From Nibricoccus sp. (GTDB lineage: Bacteria > Verrucomicrobiota > Verrucomicrobiia > Opitutales > Opitutaceae), in contig JASGHG010000001.1 of NCBI GenBank assembly GCA_047602425.1, positions 3,296,001-3,360,000 on the forward strand: a stretch of 64,000 bases of DNA, written 5' to 3'. The notes under the pieces are model-generated. The model was given only the letters and a program-made list of their open reading frames with translations, was not told where the DNA came from and searched no databases. The stretch's first letter is position 1; every line of letters begins with the position of its first letter. Both the position numbers and the translations under genes were made by a program. This document shows, in pieces, positions 57,804 through 64,000 of this stretch.

Positions 57804-60800
57804 ATGAAAACAATGACGTTTGTGCGCGCAGTCTCACTGCGAATCATCGCAGGGTTGGTTGGAGTCTTCATCCCGGGTTTGCTGGCGGCCGCGCTTCCCA
57901 CGCCGACTCAGCCGGTGCTTGTCGTTCAGGAAAATGGAGCGGCGGACCGCTTTCAGTTTTTTGTGCCGGAGCTTCTTACGACCGAGGGTATCAACGGTTT
58001 TCAAACCGCACAGTTGTCGGAATTGACTGGATCGTTTCTGGCCAGCTACGACACGGTCATCCTGCCGCACCTGGCCTTGAGCGGGGCGCAGGCGACGCTT
58101 TTTCAGAACTATGTGAATAGCGGTGGCACCTTGATCGGTTTGCGGGCAGACGCGCAACTTGCCGTGGTATTTGGCGTGACTTCGTTGAACGCAACGCTGC
58201 CGGAGGCGTGGCTTCAGATTAACACGGGCACACCGCAGACCTTCGGGCTGGTTCGGCAGACGCTGCGGTTTCATGGAACCGCGGACCGTTATGCGCTGAA
58301 CGGCGCGAGCGCCCTCGCCACCTTGTATGAGACAACGTCCACCGCCACGACGTCGCCGGCGGTGGCGACGCATGTCTTCGGTGCGGGGCGCGCCATTCTT
58401 TTCAGTTTCGACCTGACTGAGAGCATCGTGTTGCTGCGTCAGGGCAACCCGGCGTGGGCGGGTGCTCCCAATAATCACGACGGCTTCCTCACCCTGCGCG
58501 CGTCGCAGATGTTCAAGGACAACGTGACCAACACCTCGTGGAATGATCTGGGCGACCAGGCGCTGAACGACGTGCCGCAGGCCGACGTGCAGCTTCGTCT
58601 TTTGAGCAATTCGATCGCGGTTGCCAGCGCTGCGAAACAAAAACCGCTGCCCCGCTTCTGGTATTTTCCCAACAAGGCGAGGGCGCTGCTCCTGTTGACC
58701 GGCGACCAACATGGAGAGTCGGAGGCCAATTCAGCGGCTGTGACCAGCGCGGTCGAGGCGGCGGGCGGTGGGTACACGAATTTCTTGTGGTATCCATTTG
58801 GTTCGGTCAGCGACAGCACGGTGACGAACTGGCTGGCCGCCGGCCATGCGTTGGGTATCCACTTCGACGATACGGGGGAGGGCGGCGGCAACGGTTCGGG
58901 GGCAACCTGGGCGGGGATGCAGGCGGTGCTGACGCAGGCGATGGCGGCGTTTGCGACTGCATACCCGAATGCGCCCGCGCCGGTCACGACGCGGAACCAT
59001 TTTCTCATTTGGCTGAGCAACAACGCGGCCGGTGCGCCCGATCCCATTGCGCAGGCGCGGTTGTTTCAGCAGGCCGGGATCAAATTCGACACGAGTTTCT
59101 CAGCATTTCCAAACCGCTGGGGTTACATGAACGGGAGCGGCCTGCCCTTGAAGTTTCTCGACCCGACGTCGGGCGAAATTGTGCACGTGTATGAACAAGC
59201 CACCCAGTACGAGGACGACGTGCAACTCAGCAGCGCGGGCTATAGCACGAATTGGAGTCTGGCGACGGCCCAGACCCATTATGAGCGATCGCTGTCTGAG
59301 AGCCTGACCAAGTACAACACGGCCGTCACGATGCTCTTTCATCCCGACGCGTGGGGTAGCTATCAGCCACACGGTTCATTCGTGCTGCAGTATGCGCAAA
59401 GCCACGGCATCCCGATGCCAAGCTTGGCAAAGTGGCTCGCATTCTGGGAGGGCCGGGCGGCGACCGGCGTTTCCAATTTCACGACGGGTTCGAACATCGT
59501 TTCGTTCGATACGACGGCTTCGCCCGCCGGGCTCACCCTGCTCATTCCGGCGGTGGCCGGACCCAGCGCGGTCTCGCATGTGGTGGTTGACGGTGCAAGC
59601 CAGTCCTTCACGGTCGAGGTGTATCAAGGAATCCGATACGCCAGCCTGACACTGGCCGCGGGCAACCACTCGGTCGCGGTCAGCTACGCGCCGAGCGACG
59701 CGACGGCGCTGGTGTTCGGCTCGGTGACTCCCTTGGCGGGCACGTCCGGCACCACCGTGCGCATCCAGGGTGGGACCATCGACCAAACAGTTTCCCTGAA
59801 TGACAACGGCAGTTATGTCGCCGGACCGCTGCCTGCTGGTACCTACACAGTCACGCCTGCGGCGGCCAACCGGACGTTCACGCCGGCGGCGCGCACGATA
59901 ACCGTGGGCAGCGGCGACGTGGGCGATGTGAATTTTACCAGTTCCGCGGTGGCGGGATCAACCGAGACGCTTTTCACCGATCAGACTCCGGTGCTCACCA
60001 ATATCTCGGACGGCCCGACGACGAACTATGAACTTGGTACAGTTTTTTCCAGTGCGGTGGAGGGCAGGATTCAGGCGATTCGTTTTTGGAAAACGGGCAA
60101 CGAATCCGGCACGCACGTTGGAAATATTTGGAGTGCGACCGGCCAGTTGCTCGCCTCGGTGACCTTCACCAACGAAACGGCCTCGGGCTGGCAGCAGCAG
60201 GCCCTGGCGACGCCGTTGCTCATCACAGCTGGCACCTCGTATGTGGTTTCGGTCAACACCGGCAACAGCTACTATGTCGCAACGCTGCAAGGACTCGCCT
60301 CGCAAATCGTCAACGGCGATCTGCGCTCGGTGGTCGGCAATAATGGCGTGTTCGGTCCGGCCGGCGCGTTTCCTACGAGTAGTTTTAATGCGGCGAATTA
60401 TTTCCGTGATGTCGTTTTCAGTCCGGGCCCGCCGCCTCCTGTCGGCGAGTCGATCTTCACCACGCAGACCCCGGCGCTCATCGATCAGAGCGATGGGCCG
60501 ACGACCAACTATGAGCTAGGAACAACATTCTATAGCGGCGTGGCAGGCACGATCTCGGCGATCCGTTTCTGGAAATCGCCGGCGGAGACCGGTGCGCACA
60601 TCGGTCGCATTTGGAGCGCGGACGGCCAGTTGCTCGCCTCGGTGACGTTTACGAACGAGACCGCGTCCGGCTGGCAGGAGCAGGCGCTCGCTACGCCGCT
60701 GGCCATTAACGCCGCCGCTTCGTACGTCGTGACGGTCAACACCGGCAACACTTACTACGTTGCGACCGAACTCGGGCTCGCGGCGCAGGTGGGGAACGGC

Positions 60801-61898
60801 AACCTGCGGGCGGCGGCCGGCAATAATGGCGTCTTCGGGCCGGTGGGCGCGTTTCCGACGAACAGCTACCAATCGACAAATTATTTCCGCGATGTTGTCT
60901 TTGTTCCGGGCGCCACTCCACCGCCATCGGCGGGTGAAACGCTTTTCACCACGCAGATGCCGGCGCTGCTGGATCTCAGCGACGGCGCGTCGGCTGACTA
61001 TGAACTCGGGACCGTATTTTCGAGTGCGGTGGCGGGTGAAGTGAGCGCGCTTCGTTTTTGGAAATCCGGAAACGAGACCGGCCAGCACGTGGGCCGCCTT
61101 TGGACCGCCAGCGGACAACTGCTCGCCTCGGTGACGTTCGCGAACGAAACGGCCTCCGGCTGGCAGCAACAGGCGCTCGGTACGCCATTGGCGATCACGG
61201 CCAACACCGACTACGTGGTCACGGTCAACACAGGCGGCACGTACTACGTTGCGACCGAACAAGGGCTCGCCAGCGAGGTGGCCAACCAGAATCTGCGGAC
61301 GACGGTCGGCAATAATGGCGTGTACGGTCCCGTCGGCTTGTTCCCGACGAACAGTTATCAAGCGACAAACTATTTCCGCGACGTGGTCTTCAATCCTGGA
61401 ACAGCTTCTCCTCCTCCGCCACCTGCGGGGGTGTCGATCTTTACCACACAGACTCCGGCCGCGACCAACTTGAGCGACGGTGCCAGCGTGAACTACGAAC
61501 TCGGCACGGCCTTTGCCAGCTCCGCGGCGGGCCGTGTGACGGCGCTTCGCTTCTGGAAGGCGGCCAACGAGTCGGGAACCCATGTGGGCCGCCTTTGGAG
61601 TACGGGCGGGCAATTGCTCGCTTCGGTGACTTTCGCGAATGAAACCGCGTCGGGCTGGCAGGAGCAGGCGCTCGATGCGCCTGTGGCCGTCGTTGCCAAC
61701 ACCGGCTACGTCGTATCGGTCAACACGGGCAACACCTACTACGTGGCGACCAACAACGCGCTTACTTCGCCGGTGACGAATCAGGATTTATCGACCTTGG
61801 TGGGAAATAACGGACTCTTTGGCCCGATGGGTTCGCTGCCGACCAACAGCTATCAAAGCACCAATTATTTTCGCGACGTGGTCTTTGTTCGCGACTGA
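57804..61898 (+). CDS. Large exported protein: N-terminal putative catalytic region, beta-sandwich, four DUF4082-like repeats
   Basis: Four copies of NYELGTxF..AIRFWK..ASGWQ.QAL..NYFRDVVF; N-terminal LLTGDQH/IHFD/RNH segment. Confidence 0.85.
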   Translation: MKTMTFVRAVSLRIIAGLVGVFIPGLLAAALPTPTQPVLVVQENGAADRFQFFVPELLTTEGINGFQTAQLSELTGSFLASYDTVILPHLALSGAQATLFQNYVNSGGTLIGLRADAQLAVVFGVTSLNATLPEAWLQINTGTPQTFGLVRQTLRFHGTADRYALNGASALATLYETTSTATTSPAVATHVFGAGRAILFSFDLTESIVLLRQGNPAWAGAPNNHDGFLTLRASQMFKDNVTNTSWNDLGDQALNDVPQADVQLRLLSNSIAVASAAKQKPLPRFWYFPNKARALLLLTGDQHGESEANSAAVTSAVEAAGGGYTNFLWYPFGSVSDSTVTNWLAAGHALGIHFDDTGEGGGNGSGATWAGMQAVLTQAMAAFATAYPNAPAPVTTRNHFLIWLSNNAAGAPDPIAQARLFQQAGIKFDTSFSAFPNRWGYMNGSGLPLKFLDPTSGEIVHVYEQATQYEDDVQLSSAGYSTNWSLATAQTHYERSLSESLTKYNTAVTMLFHPDAWGSYQPHGSFVLQYAQSHGIPMPSLAKWLAFWEGRAATGVSNFTTGSNIVSFDTTASPAGLTLLIPAVAGPSAVSHVVVDGASQSFTVEVYQGIRYASLTLAAGNHSVAVSYAPSDATALVFGSVTPLAGTSGTTVRIQGGTIDQTVSLNDNGSYVAGPLPAGTYTVTPAAANRTFTPAARTITVGSGDVGDVNFTSSAVAGSTETLFTDQTPVLTNISDGPTTNYELGTVFSSAVEGRIQAIRFWKTGNESGTHVGNIWSATGQLLASVTFTNETASGWQQQALATPLLITAGTSYVVSVNTGNSYYVATLQGLASQIVNGDLRSVVGNNGVFGPAGAFPTSSFNAANYFRDVVFSPGPPPPVGESIFTTQTPALIDQSDGPTTNYELGTTFYSGVAGTISAIRFWKSPAETGAHIGRIWSADGQLLASVTFTNETASGWQEQALATPLAINAAASYVVTVNTGNTYYVATELGLAAQVGNGNLRAAAGNNGVFGPVGAFPTNSYQSTNYFRDVVFVPGATPPPSAGETLFTTQMPALLDLSDGASADYELGTVFSSAVAGEVSALRFWKSGNETGQHVGRLWTASGQLLASVTFANETASGWQQQALGTPLAITANTDYVVTVNTGGTYYVATEQGLASEVANQNLRTTVGNNGVYGPVGLFPTNSYQATNYFRDVVFNPGTASPPPPPAGVSIFTTQTPAATNLSDGASVNYELGTAFASSAAGRVTALRFWKAANESGTHVGRLWSTGGQLLASVTFANETASGWQEQALDAPVAVVANTGYVVSVNTGNTYYVATNNALTSPVTNQDLSTLVGNNGLFGPMGSLPTNSYQSTNYFRDVVFVRD

Positions 61899-61920
61899 AT
61901 AGTCTTTGCGCGCAGTGCCG

Positions 61921-62004
61921 GTAGGGACGGCCAGCCTTGGCCGTCCGCCGACTTCTCATGTGAAAAGTCTTTATGCTCGGCGTCGGCCCGGCGGGCCTAC
62001 CCCT
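61921..62004. repeat. Degenerate REP doublet, family B-like
   Basis: gtagggacggccagccttggccgtccg ... cggcccggcgggcctacccctat. Confidence 0.6.
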
Positions 62005-62033
62005 ATTGCCTAACCAGCGCTTCGCACGCACGC

Positions 62034-62065
62034 AAAAAAGACGCCGGCGAAAAAGCCGGCGTCTT
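62034..62065 (-). terminator. Intrinsic terminator
   Basis: AAAAAAGACGCCGGC-GAAAA-GCCGGCGTCTT. Confidence 0.78.
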
Positions 62066-62100
62066 GGAGGTGAGAAGTCGTTTGGTTTTGTGGGGCGATA

Positions 62101-63264
62101 TTACGCCTTGGTGTCTGTCGAAGTGGCTGCGGCGGAGGTAGCCTCCAGGCGTCCGGTCTGCATTAACTTCGAGTTGATGTAGTTTTCGATTTTTTGGTCG
62201 GTGACCGTGACGATCTTGCCGGCGCCGGCCTTCACGTACTTGGTGTTCCACGCTTTGAGGTTGGCTCTCAAATCTTCCACCGTGGCGTTCTTCTTTTCCT
62301 TCGTGTCCTCGATCGCGTGAATCATGTTGGTATTGGCGACCTCGGCGAGATTGTGACGGTAGAGGCATAAACCGAGCGCGGCCAACACGGCCACGGCGAC
62401 AACGCCGAACAGGATCCAAACCATCCAAGGTTGAACAAAAGGCAGGGAGACGGTGGCGAGTCCGAGGACGCCCGAGATAATCGCCAGGCCGGTTTTGCCC
62501 ACGGGAGAATAAACCGCACCAGCCAAAGTGAGCACGGCGCCGATGCCGCACCAGATCATCAGTTGCCGCTTCAACCGTTCGAAACCCTCGGCTTTTTCGC
62601 GGGCCTTCTTCTCCGCTTCGGCCCGTGCGTTTTCCTTTTTGATGACTTGGTCGTTTGCGACGTTGAGGTCGGCTTGAGCCTTGGCGTTGTCGGCTATGAA
62701 CTTTTGTTCAATTTCCTGCCTTTCCTTTTTGACAGTTTCGACCTCCTGCTTCGCGAGCTTGGTTGTTTCGACGAGGATGCCATTTTGCTTCACCAATTCT
62801 TCGTGCTCCCGTTTTAGTTTCTCGATAGCGGGTTGATCGTTTCCTTGGTAAGCGGCGAGGTAACTTTTCAGCCGTTCGCCGCCCTCGACGATTTCCTTGA
62901 TGGATGGCGGGCGGCCCATCGCCGTGAAACCCTCGACCGAGCGGGCGTTGACGAATTCCAGGAGGCCGGCGGTGTACGGCATGCTCGTCGCCTGTTGCAA
63001 CCGGTAGAGCGCATTGGCGCCCGCCTGCAGCTGGGCGTCCTGGCCGTCGATCACCGAATCCTTTTTGCTGGAAAGCTGTTCCGAATTTTTTGCCAGCTCG
63101 TTTTGATAATTTTCCTTCACCTGTTGCAGCTGTTTCTCCGCCTCCGATTTCTTGATGTAGGCTTCGTCCAATTGCCTTTGGGAAATGATGGGCAGGCTGC
63201 TGCAAGCCGTGAGGGCGAAGAGCGCGAAGAGGATGAATAATATTTTAGGCTGTTCCTTGTTCAT
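62101..63264 (-). CDS. Hypothetical lipoprotein with long coiled coil and C-proximal transmembrane helices
   Basis: Lipobox LTAC; about 210 aa E/K/Q-rich helical region; 2-3 hydrophobic segments; soluble tail. Confidence 0.8.
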   Translation of the reverse strand: MNKEQPKILFILFALFALTACSSLPIISQRQLDEAYIKKSEAEKQLQQVKENYQNELAKNSEQLSSKKDSVIDGQDAQLQAGANALYRLQQATSMPYTAGLLEFVNARSVEGFTAMGRPPSIKEIVEGGERLKSYLAAYQGNDQPAIEKLKREHEELVKQNGILVETTKLAKQEVETVKKERQEIEQKFIADNAKAQADLNVANDQVIKKENARAEAEKKAREKAEGFERLKRQLMIWCGIGAVLTLAGAVYSPVGKTGLAIISGVLGLATVSLPFVQPWMVWILFGVVAVAVLAALGLCLYRHNLAEVANTNMIHAIEDTKEKKNATVEDLRANLKAWNTKYVKAGAGKIVTVTDQKIENYINSKLMQTGRLEATSAAATSTDTKA

Positions 63265-63617
63265 ACATGGGTCCCGGGTGAAGCGCTGTATACTGTTTGT
63301 ACAATATTAATACTACAGGTTTTGGAGCGATTTGTTACCAGCATTTCCATGCGCGCTGGATTGAAGCGATGCTAACCACTGGCGATAATCCTTCGGGGGC
63401 GCGAACGGAACGGCGTTCAAATAGAGCGGCGAAAAGTATGCAGGGATGTTCCACAGTCAAGGGGCCGGGCGATATTAGAACTTTCATATTGATAGAGTAG
63501 CGAGAGCCCGGCGATGGATGGAGGGCGCGCTCTTTACAAGATCCATTGCCCACAAAAAAGGCATCGGTCGGAACCGATGCCTTGAAGGAAGATAATATCG
63601 CGCGGTTTGATCGAGCC

Positions 63618-64000
63618 CTACGATCCTGCCGGCCAAGTGCGAAAGAGGCGACCGCTCCGCAAAGTGACAAGCACGACGAGGCTCGCGAAATAGAATGCCT
63701 CCGGTGCGCCGCCGCCGCCGGATTTCGGAGCGGGAGCGGGCGCCGCACTTCCTGACGAGCTGCTGCTGGAAGAGGAGGACGAACTGCTCGATGAAGACGA
63801 CGAACTGGAACTGCTGCTCGACGAAGACGAAGAAGACGAAGAGGAGGAACTCGACGAACTGCTGGACGAGCCGGAGGAGCTGCGGCCATCATCGTAGAAA
63901 AAAACGGTCAGCAGTCCGCTGTCGGGCACGAGTTTGATCTCGCTGTTGTTATCCGTGGAGGGCAGCGATTGCATCCAACTGCGTGCATTGGCCACGGCCA
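63618..64000 (-). CDS. C-terminal end of a surface protein (enters from the right edge) with poly-Ser linker and GGGGAP sorting signal
   Basis: About 40 Ser, then KSGGGGAPEAFYFASLVVLVTLRSGR; same architecture as 35814-38561. Confidence 0.8.
   Translation of the reverse strand, partial: AVANARSWMQSLPSTDNNSEIKLVPDSGLLTVFFYDDGRSSSGSSSSSSSSSSSSSSSSSSSSSSSSSSSSSSSSSSSSSSSGSAAPAPAPKSGGGGAPEAFYFASLVVLVTLRSGRLFRTWPAGS

Noticed and set aside
59960..61895. Four DUF4082-like DNA repeats as a diversity-generating retroelement template/variable pair
   Set aside because: All copies are in-frame domains of one ORF, differences are not adenine-specific by inspection, and no reverse transcriptase is present.
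63755..63890. GAC/GAA/CTG-rich low-complexity tract as a non-coding repeat or plus-strand acidic protein
   Set aside because: Fully explained as mixed Ser codons of the minus-strand poly-Ser linker.

Overview
Chromosomal window from a GC-rich bacterium, most likely Verrucomicrobiota/Opitutaceae (inferred from a VPDSG-CTERM protein, a DUF5069-like protein and delta-60/Ig surface proteins). The core is a cobalamin/methionine divergon. On the minus strand, metH is split in two, with cbiZ, cbiB and a small exported protein between the halves. On the plus strand, a cobalamin riboswitch precedes btuBFCD-cobO-cobQ. A TPP-riboswitch-controlled thiamine operon follows (thiC-thiS-tenI-like-thiE-thiG-thiH-thiF/moeB). 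Accessory content includes a DUF6795-like/class-3 lipase pair, a doubly frameshifted REP-associated tyrosine transposase, four GTAG-type REP families, and several 6-, 7- and 9-mer simple-repeat hairpins, some in frame inside MetH and CbiZ and one inside the B12 riboswitch. An island at about 47.5-53.2 kb holds an all-helical hypothetical protein, a 15 x 21-bp tandem array and a lower-GC HEAT-repeat/transmembrane/NACHT-like NTPase. There are also surface proteins with a shared GGGGAP C-terminal signal, a lipoprotein with spanin-like topology, and many small detoxification genes (SRPBCC, VOC, GNAT, AKR). No rRNA, tRNA or CRISPR array was seen. All family calls come from motif recognition by eye; no searches were run.
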